A stretch of 64,000 nt of DNA, taken from assembly GCA_040285855.1 (NCBI GenBank), contig JAUFOQ010000006.1, forward strand, positions 1,488,001-1,552,000, written 5' to 3'. This DNA comes from Eukaryota sp. GEM-RC1 (lineage: Eukaryota). The number at the start of each line of letters is the position of its first letter. Positions within the stretch are counted from its first letter, which is position 1. A program made the translations under genes and the position numbers. The notes beneath the pieces were generated by a model. The model was not told the DNA's origin. It did no database searches and saw nothing but the letters and a program-made list of their open reading frames with translations. Of the stretch, positions 36,446 through 49,022 are shown in pieces.

Positions 36446-38079
36446 ATGAGACACCGACAATGTCTTCTTCCCATTGTACTTTTTGCTGTTAGATTGGCAC
36501 TGTCATGTCTTGTTCCAATCGACGACTGTGATGAAACCTTAAATTATTATGAACCTCTGCACTATCTTATACATGACAAAGGCCTTCAAACGTGGGAATA
36601 CTCTCCAGAATTCTCTCTTAGATCGTACTTCTATCTCTTTCTTATTGGTTGGCCAGCTTTTCTCTCCAAGTTCTCCCTCTTAAGCTTCATCTCTAAACCA
36701 GTTTCATTTTATCTCATTCGTCTTTGGTTAGTCTGCCTCTATTCCCTCTCAGAACACTTTCTGCTTAAATCTTTGAAACCCCTCATTTACCCAGACTTCA
36801 TCCGCTACTTTGCCATCCTCTCCACCTTCTTTGTTCCCATCATCAAAGCCTCCACCTCTTTTCTCCCATCTGCATCTTCTCTTATCCTTTTTAACCTTGC
36901 CAACGCCTCTTTCTACTCCAACCAACCCACGCTAACCCTCTTCTTTGTCTCTGCTACTGTTCTATGGGCTTGGCCCTTCGCTGGTCTCTGCTTTCTACCA
37001 TTAATCCTATTATCTCTCTTTAACTTACTGAGGATTCACTCTTTCTTCAACGTCATTCTCCGATGTACTTTAGTCTTCTTGGCTTCGTTCCTACCTCAAT
37101 TTCTTGTTGATTCCTATATGTATTCTAAACCTACAGTTGCTTCACTGAATATTGTCATGTACAATGTATTTTCCTCTGGTAAAGGTCCTGAATTATACGG
37201 AGTTGAGCCTTGGTACTACTACCTATTAAATCTATCTATTAACGGAGGATTCCTTGTGTTGTTAACTTTCATTGCTTTAGGTCTATTGTTGATCTACGCA
37301 TACCGTCTTTGTAAGTCAATTCCAGTCCCTCTGTTGTTCTTTTCCACTTTACAGTTAGGCTTACCCTTCTTTATTTGGACCTTCTTCATGTCTGTCCAAC
37401 CTCACAAAGAGGAGAGATTCCTGCAGCCTGTTTTGACTTCGATTGTAGCGTTGATGACGTTTGTGTTGATTAAGATGATGGTGTTTGCGGATACTAGCAA
37501 AAAATCTAAATTTTTAAAAATTCCATTTCGATATGTTTCACTTATATTGAAACTCATTGTTTTCTCATCAATTGTGCTTCATATTTTGTTTAATCTTTCA
37601 CGACTCTTTGCTCTACACCACAACTACAATGCACCTCTGCCAGTCTATAATCAATTCTATTCAAATACATTGTTAGAGAAAAACAAAATCCTTTGTCTGG
37701 GAAAAGAGTGGCATCGCTTTCAGACTCATTTCTTTGTTCCGGAGGGAATTCGTTTAGAGTTTTTTGATTCAGGATTCACGGGGCAATTACCACAGTATTA
37801 TTCTGATGTTTCAAAAACTTTTAAAATTCAGACAGGTTTTAATGATTTGAATTTAGGGGATCCTGAAAGGTTTTTTGCTATTGATGAGTGTGATTATGCG
37901 ATTGATTTGATTTTTAATTGGGATGATCTCTTTTCTATTAGAAATGATTTTGAGCTTATTTATTCTCGTCCTTTTTGGACTCTCAGAATTCTAGTGTGTT
38001 GTGTCGAGTTCTTTTTGTCCCGTTTTTCAGAAATATCTGTAAATTTGGAAAGTATGCGCTATTTAAAAAGGTTCATTAA
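36446..38079 (+). CDS. ALG9: Alpha-1,2-mannosyltransferase (GT22)
   Basis: DCDETLNYYEPLH, QTWEYSP..LRSY, LNIVMYNV..GPELYGVEP, QPHKEERFL, CLGKEWHRF. Probable frameshift near 37975 gives a C-terminus ...ALFKKVH*. Confidence 0.9.
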
Positions 38080-39583
38080 AACGTTTACTATTGGTACAAT
38101 TTAACAATCAAATTTGATAGATGTTATGTATATTGTATTGTTTGAGAGTCACAAAAAATATATTTTTAAACCACAACTGCTACTAATAGTAGAGGAATAA
38201 CCAGTTTTTCATATTTCTATAATTTAAAACATATGGTGGAAATATATATATGTACAACTATAGAAGTCTGTTTCTGTAGGCGATTGTTACGGAGAGAAGA
38301 TTTCAGCTTTACTTGGTCAAAAGAGATTTAGACGAAATTGTTATCCGAAAGAGTACGATTCTAACATAAGGGCTGAGGTTATAATAAGTGAGCAGTACCT
38401 TTTTAATAGTAATCATTTTAATAAATGAAGTACAATGTTAGTGCACTCATTCTTTCAAATTGTATTTGAAGAAATTGAAAATTGATTGGTTTGCAAATGA
38501 TTTTTCTTAGCGTATTTTTGTACCCTCCCTTTTTTCCACATTGTGTACTTGTATATATACGTATAAATTCAATTACTATCAGGAGTATTAAATTTACTTA
38601 AGTCTACCTTATAATGACAATACAAATGGCTTCTTACTGCTGTAGCAGTTTGATCAGTACATTATTAATGTTAGGAATTTTAATTAGTTCAGTTCACATC
38701 TCTATGAATTGCAGTGATCATCTTTTATCTTGTTTATTATCATTGTTTCATAAATCTATATAAACAACACAAATGAATTTGTTATTCTCATTGTAACATT
38801 TTCAGTTACAATTTGTAACTTACAAATACTATTACTTTTTTAAAAAACACATTACACAATTTTTCAAAACTATTTCAAAAATTGTTGTCACTTTTTATAG
38901 GTGGTTTACATTTAAAGGGCTGAGTAGTGACATATACCATGTACATCTAAGAAGTTTCAAGTTATTTCAAACAGCAACTTCTGGCTGATTCTCTGTGATC
39001 GCATTTAAAAACGAGACTGCCAATAATGTTGTAGTTGTAGATTTGTGTAATTTCATATTAGGTTTTTATCTTCCCCCTTACATCTATAGAGGTTCTTTCC
39101 TATATAAAGGTTCTCCTCTAACAGAATGTATTCCTATAGTGCACAAAGACCAACAATAGTGCTTATTAAGATGAAATAGAAAACAAATATTCGAAATTAA
39201 ATATTTTTGAAAAGTTAAAACATAACCAAAGGCATTCGGCGAAGTTTGTGTGTAACACAGTTCAATCAGTTCAGATCAGTTCACCTTTCTTTGAAATGTT
39301 TCATTTTGAGCCTCTGAAGCTGTCGTTGAATTGAATTCAGTCTAGGACAGCTATTTGTAAAAATTCCAAAATTGTTGTGAGTGTCCGTGTATCGGGTATC
39401 AATTTTTTCTGTAAAAAATTCATGTATAATGTAGTTTTATTTGAATACTACTTGTTTAAAACACTGTTTTGTGATGCAATATTTGTGAGTGATACTTGTG
39501 ATGCTTGTGGATGTAGAAGTACCCAAAATGGGGTGAAAATCGACTAATTATAGAATAAACTTGATCAACATTTACTATTTGTG

Positions 39584-39805
39584 AATGGAAAAACCGTATA
39601 GTGTTTTCCATATATCGGAATATGCCCTTCTATTTCTCTAGATTAATTGAGAAATTGTACAAGTTTGGTGTGAAGGTTAATGTTGATAAACGTAATCTTT
39701 TACCCGGTGGTGATGAAGTCGTTTGGATTTAATCTTAGTATTATTTGTTTGTTTTTACAATTTCATAGTTTTGTAGGAAGGTTACCTTATCGGGTACCGA
39801 ATAAA
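39584..39805 (+). mobile_element. Extreme 3' end of CRE-like retrotransposon (subfamily C)
   Basis: Near-identical to 58743-58965, ending CCGAATAAA followed by a CT-rich tract. Confidence 0.8.
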
Positions 39806-40074
39806 GTTTTCTCTCTCTTATATTGTTTTCAATATTGTTTTCACACCCCTGCTTTATTAATTAATAGGATTGGGTTTAGTCTTTATGGAAGCATTCCTAT
39901 GTACCTAGGTTATTTCCTTAATTCTAGGTTGAACAATGACCATTCCCAAGTGAAGTTGTAGACTCTAATTAATTTCCTTAATTTTCTTTCATCATTTTTA
40001 ACCAAAATACACCTTTTTTTGTACTTCGGAATATTCAAAAATCATCATTTGCTTCATTCTGCACTACTACTCTA

Positions 40075-41055
40075 ATGTCATCAAAGTTCTCCAAGTTGGT
40101 TTCAAAATCGTCGTCCTTTACACCTCGTTCACCCAAATTTGCCAATGTAAAGGTATTTAAGCCCTTTGTTCCTAGATCTAATGTGAATCCTTCTCGTCCT
40201 TGTGATCAAGGTTCTCTCCACACCACTCTACACACCCATAACCAATCACCCGATGGTAAACTAGAGTCTGTCCAGGAAGTGCTGAAGAAAGCTCACGACT
40301 TCCTGGACGTTCTAACATACTCTAACAGGATGGAAACTTTCTCGAGTATTGTAGAACTCTTTCGTCTTCCTCTCTTTACAAATTCCACACAAGATCTTTC
40401 GGAGTTCAACAACAGCTTTGCTCAGCTGCTCTTTGACAGAGCCATTGAACATCCAGATCAGATAGATCTTTACTCAGAGCTTTGTTTTAAAATATCCCAA
40501 CATTTTCCAACATTTTCCAGAATTGTGATCATTCAAAGTCAATGCAAATTTGAAGAATTCTTTGTTGCTGAAGCTGTCGAAGTCTTGGGGGACGACCGTT
40601 CACTTCCGATTGTTAATCAATTTGATCTTAATGTTGGAGGAGAATCGATTTCAAAATGTAAATCAGAAATGTCAGGCAATTTATTACAATTCATTGCTTC
40701 TTTAATTCTGAACACTGTCATTCCTGCAACAATTGCTTCTGTGATAACCAAACAACTCGTCTTACAGTTCCGAAAACCAATGGCCATTGAAGGCCTTACA
40801 ATTCTTTGGACTAAACTACTGGAATCTGCTGGAATTAATGAATATATTGAAGAAGTAGTTGCGAAGAACCTCTTAAAGTTCTCTAATTCTACTGAAGTGA
40901 CCGCGAAAGAACAAGAACTTTGCATTGAGTGGATGAATTTGTATCAAGAAAAACAGCGTAGTCAAGGCGAATCAATGGTTAAGAATTCTACTGCATGTAC
41001 AACAAGAGAAAGGTCAGTTAAAGGGAAAAGGGCTTTGTATAAGGAGTGTTTGTAA
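40075..41055 (+). CDS. MIF4G-domain protein (eIF4G-like)
   Basis: LDVLTYSN..F, LLFDRAIEHPDQIDLYSELCFKI, F.RIVIIQSQCKFE and NLLQFIASL resemble MIF4G helices. Confidence 0.7.
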   Translation: MSSKFSKLVSKSSSFTPRSPKFANVKVFKPFVPRSNVNPSRPCDQGSLHTTLHTHNQSPDGKLESVQEVLKKAHDFLDVLTYSNRMETFSSIVELFRLPLFTNSTQDLSEFNNSFAQLLFDRAIEHPDQIDLYSELCFKISQHFPTFSRIVIIQSQCKFEEFFVAEAVEVLGDDRSLPIVNQFDLNVGGESISKCKSEMSGNLLQFIASLILNTVIPATIASVITKQLVLQFRKPMAIEGLTILWTKLLESAGINEYIEEVVAKNLLKFSNSTEVTAKEQELCIEWMNLYQEKQRSQGESMVKNSTACTTRERSVKGKRALYKECL

Positions 41056-41294
41056 ATACAATCAGTAGCACTACATATATGAATGTACTTGTACTTGTAT
41101 CTGAACATTAAATCAATTAATTTAGAAGTTCGATAAAGAATTAATGTCTCACTGAGATATTTTCAATCTCAATTATAATTGATTCAGTCACACAATTTTG
41201 AGCAAGCTTTTCTGAGTTTTTGTAACTGCAATTCAGTAATAAATATTGTGAATAAATTTATGAACAATAATAAATTATATATAATTACAGATAC

Positions 41295-43181
41295 TTAATC
41301 ACTACTAGTATCACTACTACTAAATGAAAGGAAACCGCAATCAAAAGCGATTTCACTCCCAGTTTTACCTTCCCTTTTAGGCTTAACCTCATCAATCAAA
41401 GAACGTGATACTACCCCTTTCTTTCCTCTTCCGTTCTGCTTGTTACGATTAAGGAGACGATCAATCGACCGTCTAGTTGCTGATTGCATTCGATTGGCAG
41501 ACACTCCTTGACCCCCAAAGGAAAGAGTCAATAACGAGTGATTGTCACGTAATGCTTCAATCAATTTCTGACCCCCTTGATCGTAGATTGAGTTGTCAGT
41601 CAAGCAAAGTCTCATCAAGCACGTGTTTGAAGACAATGATTGTGCAATCGCAGTCGCTCCTCGATTTTTGATACAGTTATTACCTAAATCAAGGTGCTTT
41701 AAAGACCTATTAACTGCAATAGCAGAAGACAAATGAATTGCACCCTCTTGTCCAATCAAATTTCCAGAAAGGTCAAGGGAAGTCAAAGCACGATTGACCT
41801 TCAACATACCAGCAAGATACTGAGCTCCATTATCCTTAATCAAATTATTGCTGAGATCGACCCCAATGATTGATTGATTGGCAGCTAGTGCAGATGCCAA
41901 GTACTCAGCACCAACTTCAGAAATGTTATTTCCTGATAAACCCAACGTTGACAAATATGAATTAACTTTAATTAATTCAGCCAGATAAAAAACTCCTTCA
42001 TCACCAATATTACACTGATTAAAATTGATTGCAGATACAGACACGTTGCTAACCAGACTTTGAACGATGTACTTAGCTCCAACAGATCCAAAACAGTTGT
42101 TCTGAAGCTCAATAACTCTAAGGGAAGAGTTACTAGCCAAGCATTGAGCAAAGACAGAAGCTCCATCAACTCCAATGTTATTGTTTTTTAACTGAACATC
42201 GAGAAGAGAACATCTAGGGGAAGCAATGAGGGGAGCGAGTGATTGAGTACCAATACAGCCCAGGTTGTTGTCGCGTAGACCAAGAGAGGACAGGCTGGTG
42301 TTGAAGAGGAGAGAGTTTGCAAGGAACTCAGCCCCAATATGAGTGATCTTACAACCACCAAGATGAAGTTGTAGTAAGTTGCAATTAGTTGAGGACAACC
42401 CTCTGCTAATGATCTCAGCTCCCTTATCAGTGATGTCATTGTCTCCTAGCTTTAATCGAAGTAAATGAGGAGAGGTTCGTAGAGTGAGCACCCATGGAAG
42501 TAGTCCATCATCAGAGATTGAGTTTCCGAATAGCTCAACAACAGTAAGGTTTGTACAAGTAATGACCATGTCAGCAATCAATTTAGATCCATCGTCATTG
42601 ATTGAGCAATGATTGAGGGAGAGCTCAGTGAGATCAGTGCTGTGAGAGAAGCTATGTACGAGGGATATGATGTCATCGGTAGTGATAGCATTATGAGAGA
42701 GAGAAAGCTTAATCAATGGAGATGAAGACAATTTGGATAGGATGGAAGGATTAGGAATGATGCTAAGTGACTCACATGTTGTGATGAAGTGATCGTGAGT
42801 TGAAAGAGAAGAGATTGTGGTCAATCCTCGGGAAAACTGTGCATTGGGGGAAGAGGTGAAGGACAGGGTGCGGAACTTGGAGGTTACAGGTCGTTCGGGA
42901 AAGTCATCTGGGCCTGATGAGATTTTACGGAGAGCTTTGAGTAAGGGACTGTTGTTGACTTCGAATGATCTAGAGTTAGAGGAGATGAAGGCGTTAGATA
43001 CTGAAAGGACCACATGAGCGCGGCAGAATCCGATGAGATTCTGTTCTCTATTTATAAAAACACCATGCCTGCGCTTTGAGAGAAAGATGTGGGATCGAAA
43101 GAATCGAGAATGATGAGGGTACTGAAAACAAGTTAAGGAAGTAGTACATAGTGAAGAGAGATGATCGGAGAAGGCAGTCAA
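41295..43181 (-). CDS. Ribonuclease-inhibitor-type LRR protein (NLRC3-like repeats)
   Basis: Many 28-aa repeats such as LTSLDLSGNLIGQEGAIHLSSAIAVNRS. Confidence 0.9.
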   Translation of the reverse strand: MTAFSDHLSSLCTTSLTCFQYPHHSRFFRSHIFLSKRRHGVFINREQNLIGFCRAHVVLSVSNAFISSNSRSFEVNNSPLLKALRKISSGPDDFPERPVTSKFRTLSFTSSPNAQFSRGLTTISSLSTHDHFITTCESLSIIPNPSILSKLSSSPLIKLSLSHNAITTDDIISLVHSFSHSTDLTELSLNHCSINDDGSKLIADMVITCTNLTVVELFGNSISDDGLLPWVLTLRTSPHLLRLKLGDNDITDKGAEIISRGLSSTNCNLLQLHLGGCKITHIGAEFLANSLLFNTSLSSLGLRDNNLGCIGTQSLAPLIASPRCSLLDVQLKNNNIGVDGASVFAQCLASNSSLRVIELQNNCFGSVGAKYIVQSLVSNVSVSAINFNQCNIGDEGVFYLAELIKVNSYLSTLGLSGNNISEVGAEYLASALAANQSIIGVDLSNNLIKDNGAQYLAGMLKVNRALTSLDLSGNLIGQEGAIHLSSAIAVNRSLKHLDLGNNCIKNRGATAIAQSLSSNTCLMRLCLTDNSIYDQGGQKLIEALRDNHSLLTLSFGGQGVSANRMQSATRRSIDRLLNRNKQNGRGKKGVVSRSLIDEVKPKREGKTGSEIAFDCGFLSFSSSDTSSD

Positions 43182-43790
43182 TGTTGTGAAGGTAAATATC
43201 AGAACAGTAATCCAGACCTCAAATCAAGACCGATGAAGCACAACTGACAATTTCAGATATAAATCTCATGTTGGGAGGATGTGGAGTAGTGTCTGTCAGA
43301 ACAAGAAACTGTCAAGGAAACAATTAGAATGAAGTTGAAGAAATTTGTCCAACTTCTGTCTCAATTTGCACTGAATCACGATCAACACACATCATAAAGT
43401 AGATAAAAAAATGACAACAATGTGATGAATTTTATGAATCATTTCAAGTGTTTCAACTTAAAACAGTTTTGTTTTTACATTTGGATTCATATTGACTTCG
43501 CTAGTTGCGGTCAGGGTTGTGAATCAAAGTTAAACCTCAACATCAACGATGTGGCACTTTGTAATGATCTGGAAATTTGTTCACATTTCAAGACAATTAA
43601 CTATTCTAAACTACATGTAACACTTCTGTGATTAGGACAGAATGCACTGGCAAGTTATAGAGTAATTGCATAAAGATTTCAATAGAACAATTGGAGCAAA
43701 ATAATTATGATTATTTCATCTCATTAAACTTGGTACTAGTACTAGTAATTGTTTCTGACCTAAAACAAAAGAGATTCTACACAGTTTCCA

Positions 43791-44525
43791 TCATGCACAG
43801 ACATCTTTAACTAACGACTCCCGTGGTTCCATTTTAATTACAAAAGATCTCAAATCAAAAGCTAAAGATCCATAGAAGCTAATTACTAACATGACTGAAA
43901 TGTACTGCAGCAATGCACAAAGAGAATTCACCCAAACATGTTTTTCCACGTCAACGAAAGCTGGAAACAACAAGTAAGGAATGACAACAACGGGAAGAAG
44001 AATGAGGTTGTACAGTCGATACTTGATCCAAAAACGAGCATGTTTTGCCACCTTTTCGTTTTTATATCGCAGCTGTTTATGTTCTTTTTTGGACAGGAAT
44101 ACGATGATGGTGTTGCTGACCATGTTGGTCCAAAAGAATGTTTGGGCGAACACACCGTGTAAAATAAAGTTGTCGTAAACAGAAACTAGGGAAAGAGCAG
44201 CCAGACAAAACCCACCAATGGTAGAAAGAAATCCAACCACAATGAGGAACTTTCCCACGTGTTTGAACAGATCAGGAGAACGGCGATAGAAAACAAATGT
44301 GTAGAGAACACACAATGTGGCGATACACGTCCCAGCAATCGTCATGCCACCACTGAAGATTGGTAGGAAAGGATACCTTCCAGAAACATAAGAAATGTAA
44401 GGAATGGTGTATAGATCAGGAAAGTATATCATGCCACCAATCAGGCAGAACACAAGGATAGAAATGGCCGATGGAACAGCGATATATACGAATAAAGCAG
44501 CAGAAAGCATTAAAAATGACAACAA
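43791..44525 (-). CDS. Frag1/DRAM/Sfk1-family membrane protein
   Basis: About six hydrophobic segments, IPYISYVSG, LHGVFAQTFF, CALLQYISV..ISFYGSL..DL. Start uncertain. Confidence 0.7.
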   Translation of the reverse strand: MLSFLMLSAALFVYIAVPSAISILVFCLIGGMIYFPDLYTIPYISYVSGRYPFLPIFSGGMTIAGTCIATLCVLYTFVFYRRSPDLFKHVGKFLIVVGFLSTIGGFCLAALSLVSVYDNFILHGVFAQTFFWTNMVSNTIIVFLSKKEHKQLRYKNEKVAKHARFWIKYRLYNLILLPVVVIPYLLFPAFVDVEKHVWVNSLCALLQYISVMLVISFYGSLAFDLRSFVIKMEPRESLVKDVCA

Positions 44526-44862
44526 AATGAAGTGAGCTTTTCAATCAGTTGCTACTACTCAAAGACAAAGATCAAACTGTAATAGCTATTTTCGATCTTT
44601 ATTTACGTGTAAGGACTATGACTATCAAGAATTTGCGAGTGGATCTATACATTTCGGATCCTACATGGCCGTTGGTTGATGATATTAAACTGCAAAATAC
44701 TTCAAGACTTTGATCGTTAGACAGTGGAAATCAAACTGTGTAACCTACTCATCCAACAATACATCGTACCCCAATATACGATCAAACAAGAGAAAAAAAA
44801 ACTTGAAGGATATCAGATGACTTAAACAATAATTCCTACAAATTGTCCACATCAACGATTTC

Positions 44863-46444
44863 ATGGACAGTAGTTCTACTTCACTTCTTGATAGACTGGA
44901 AAAGTTACGTCAAGCTCAAGCTCAGCGTCAGGAAAGACTGAAACAACTGATAAGCCAAAGCAAACTTACCACAACATCAGCTCGCCTCTCTATTTCTCAA
45001 TCTCAAACTAGCCAGCAGTCTTCTGAAAATCCCCTCCAAAGCTCTTTCACAGCTTCTCCACTTCCTCCTAACAATGGTCCCTTTACTCGCTCTCCTTTTT
45101 CCACTCCCGCTCAATCCCCATCTTCATCACCTCAATCTGAACACTTCGATTCACCTATTGGTTCTATTGCAGATTCTCCTATCATTGAAGTCTTTCAGGA
45201 AGATTCTAATCTCGTAACTTCCCCAGTATATCAGGAGGATTCAGAAGGTTCTTTTACTGATGTTTCTTCTTTATCCTACTTAGATTCTGAACAGGAGTAT
45301 TCAAATGAAGAACCGCTGTCAGATGAAAGTTTTGTAGATATTGATTATGAACAGAACAATTCTTCTAGGGCAATCCCTTCTGATGACGTGTCTCCTGTCC
45401 AACATACTCCAATTGATGACGTGTCAGCTGTTGATGACATGTCTCTTCCTGATGACTTGTCTCCATTTCACAATACTGCTCCAATTGATGACGCTGCACT
45501 TACTGATGACGTGACGTATGTTGATGACGTGTCTGCTCCTGAATCAGAGGATATTTTTAGTAGAAGTCTGGAACAAGAGCCAACTAGAGAAGCCCAATCA
45601 CCTCAAATGGATGAGCCTCTTTTTAATGACGTGATCAAGGGAAAGACTGTGATTGAGAATCACGTGTTACCAAAGTCAAAAAAAAGTCAAACAATTAAAA
45701 GTTATTGACAGTCGTAAAATGAAGGAGGAGCGATTGCAGCGGATTAAATTATTTAAAAACTATCACATTGAGCTAAATCCATCGAAATATTTACAAACCA
45801 TGGATGAACTCACTTCTAGAACTAACAAACGTTCAAAGCCAACAAAGAATGTTCTCTCCCCAACTGAATTTCCTCTCCCAAAACCCAAGAAAGTTGTTCA
45901 TTTCCAAAACCGACAAGAAATTCCTCTCCCCGTAACTCAACCTCCAAACCAACAGCCACCGGGCTTTCATGACACGTCACAATCCAAAGAACCTTCTGTT
46001 TCCAGGCCTAGGAAGAGCGAGAGTCGTAGAATCAATCAAACTATCCATCCAATCAATCAAAAGTTATTGGCAGCAGTCCAGGGCTATCGCGTGAGGAGTG
46101 CTCTGAGGTCCGAAGTCGGAGTTTCCCTTTCTGATGAAATAAAAGAGCTCATGATTGTGGCTGAGCAGTTTGATCCAGTGAATGAAACTGAAATGGATCC
46201 GTTTCAGAAGTCAGTGGTTAATAGACTGTCTGGACTGAGGGACAAATTTTTAAATTTTATGATGAATCCAAAAGTTCTTCCAAAAGCGTTCCCCAGAGGT
46301 AGGTCTAAAAGCTTATCACCTGTGCAGAAGTCGTCAAAAGTCAAAACATTTTTGAAACGTGGCAGTAGGACAAAAATGACGTCTCAAAAGGTCAAAATGA
46401 TCGTCATCCTATTGCGGATGAAAACTTTTTTCTGTTGCGAATGA
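44863..46444 (+). CDS. Hypothetical low-complexity protein with IQ-like motif (frameshifted)
   Basis: ORFs 44863..45708 and 45653..46444 overlap at an A-run; Ser/Asp-rich; AAVQGYRVRSAL is IQ-like. True end may lie further 3'. Confidence 0.55.
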
Positions 46445-46983
46445 ATCTAAAATTCCAGCACTTTCTGTTTTTTCCAAATTTTTGGTCACTGTTGGACAAG
46501 TCTGTTGATTTATCTGATGGATTTTCTCTTTCTCAATTTGACCCTAATTTGTTCTTACAAACCTAATGCTTTTAAAGACCTTCCGTGATTATTTTTGATT
46601 GCAAATCTCGTTTCTATTCATCAACATAATTTCTTTATCAAGATGTGTGTCTAAGTTTATTTGAATTTTTGATTTATTTGCGTTTCTATTTTAGTGTTTA
46701 TATTATATTGAACCGACTACTTCTGTTGGATTCTTCCTGAAGTCTCTTCTTTCAAAATTGTTTTTGTTCAATTTCAAATTTTAAGATTTAAATTGAAATG
46801 TGGGGTTACCATTCCCATATGTACTGTAATAAACTGTGTATTATGCTTTTTCATGTTACTCTATAAATTTCCTGTTGTTGTTGAACTTAATAAAATATTG
46901 TGGTGTTTAATACTGGCGGCTGAAAGTATCGGCGCTGGGGTCAACATTTCTAGGCAAGAGACAAATATGATACTGCACAGAAA

Positions 46984-47731
46984 ATGTCTCTCCTTCTACT
47001 ACTTCTACATGCCACAATCTCTGTTGTTATATTCATCTCTTGTCTTCAAATTGCTTCTTTGAACAGAGAGCGTATTCAACGTAGAATAGTTGGTGGAGTT
47101 CTTGCTTCCTTTATAGTTTTACTGTATTTCAGCATCATCTATTCTACTGAACAGTTTTCCATCCATCTCCTCACCCACTTCCACCACAGTCTCACGGTCT
47201 CCAGTGTCATCCTCCCATCCCTTCTCACTCTTCTTCCATACACACCTGACGTCATTTACCGTCTTTCCTATAAGTTATCATTCTTTTCCAAACCTTCCAT
47301 GACTTCACTTCGAAATATCATATTTGCTCCCATTGCAGAGGAGTTTGCCTTCCGACTTCCCTTCCTTGTCCTTCTTAACTCCTCCTCTTTTAGTTCTCAC
47401 AAGTACTCGCTGGGTTTGGTTTCGTCTATTCCATTCTCTCTAGCTCATCTACATCATCTCGCTTACTTGTTGTTTCCAAAATCGAAGAAAACCATTATAC
47501 TCTTCATTGTCTTTAATTGTGTCTTCTTGTTTTCAACTGTTTTATACATTTGTTTTCGGATATTATTCTTATATATTAGGTTGTAAGTACGGAATATTGG
47601 CGTCAATTGCTTCTCATTCCATTGCAAATTATTTTGGAGTTCCGGAAGCCCCTTTTGAAAATTTTAAATATTTGTGTTTCTTTGGGTTCTGTTTATTTGG
47701 CTGGCTTTATCTCACTTGGGTTATCTTTTAA
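46984..47731 (+). CDS. RCE1: CAAX prenyl protease 2 (CPBP/Abi family), frameshift near 47490-47520
   Basis: RNIIFAPIAEEFAFR, FSLAHLHH, FQLFYTFVFG, SHSIANYFGVP. Confidence 0.85.
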
Positions 47732-48379
47732 GATGTTCTATGTGTTTTCAAATACAGAGTGTTGTCTCTGAATTAGGTTTCGACTTTGTGTAATCACGTC
47801 ATCACTGGGATCACGTCACGTCATTTTTTGGACTACTTTCCTGTTCCCAAAAAGCCCAAGTTTTGTTTCAGTCGTAGTCTAATACTTTTTCTTATATTTA
47901 ATTAAATTTTGGTTTTACTGGTTGGATCTGAACTTCACTGAATAATCTACTATGCAAAAGGCAAATTAGTTTCGTATGGTTCTCAGTTTTGTTTTGTATC
48001 GTCTCACTACATGCACAGTAGTTGGAATTTTCAACATGGAAATAGACTTTTTGTAGTTCCATGTATTCTTTAAACTCGATTTAAATTTTGTTTCTTTAGT
48101 TGGAATTTTTTGGAAGTTCATTTTTTAATGTTCATAGAGCCCATCAGAAACACTTAATTTTTAACAATATCGTGTATTGCAATGTTGCACTTTGATTCGT
48201 TATTGTAATTATTGTAAGCAATATTCAGACCAATCGTCAATCTTAATATGTAGTATCGTCTAGGTCCCAGTACAAACAACATTAAATACAATACCTTCAC
48301 TATGTTTGTATTGAAACCTTGTTCGTATGGGCTCGTTTAAATCTCGATTTTGACTGATCTACTAATATTCATGAGAAGT

Positions 48380-48620
48380 GTTCAAACTTTGAATTGGTCA
48401 ACTGTAGTAAAATCAACCACAACTTTTTTCTACTTGAGATGAACCCAGCAAAGGGGCAATTAGGTCAAAAAGCTGAGAGTCAAACACGTTGTTTTCACTA
48501 TAATGTTTCAGAAGAGGTTCAATTTTACAACTACATGTACTGGTATAATTATAGGATTTGAACATTTCATAAGTAACATCATATATAGTTATATATAGAA
48601 CAGATCGACATTGCAAATAT
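48380..48620 (-). mobile_element. Degraded CRE-like retrotransposon fragment (subfamily B)
   Basis: DVTYEMFKSYNY..CKIEPLLKHYSENNVFDS matches ORF 24015..24668. Confidence 0.75.
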
Positions 48621-48646
48621 TTCTTGATTTATAACACTTAACGTGT

Positions 48647-48875
48647 TCCGAAAAAAGTTGCACCGGATCAATCGGTTTTCTGGCACCAGAAATCTCAGCC
48701 AATGCACAAACATTATTTCCCACCATTTTTTTTCGGAGAAAGTTGATGTGTTTATTTAACCCATCATTCACCGAAATAAAATGGCGCAATTTCTGAGTCT
48801 CCTGTCAAATACACCAACAATATTTCACACCAATATTTTTCGACACCAGTTTTATTGGGTCCAACTTTTTTCGGA
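48647..48875. mobile_element. Degenerate MITE-like inverted repeat
   Basis: TCCGAAAAAAGTTG at 48647 and CAACTTTTTTCGGA ending at 48875; no clear TSD. Confidence 0.45.
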
Positions 48876-49022
48876 CTTATTGTTCTTAGCTTCAGAACAC
48901 TCTCCCCTACAAAAGCTTACATTTGTAATGATTTCTTGTTTTTTGTGTGTGTTTTATTTTACACGTTCGTGTATTTCTCACTCAAATGAAATTTAAATTC
49001 CATTTTTAAAATATGTATTCTC

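Noticed and set aside
19538..39851. 20-kb composite hAT bounded by CAGGGGTGTGAAAA (19538) and its reverse complement (39838-39851)
   Set aside because: The 8-bp flanks differ (ACATGTAC vs CTTTATTA), so these are more likely solo ends of separate insertions.
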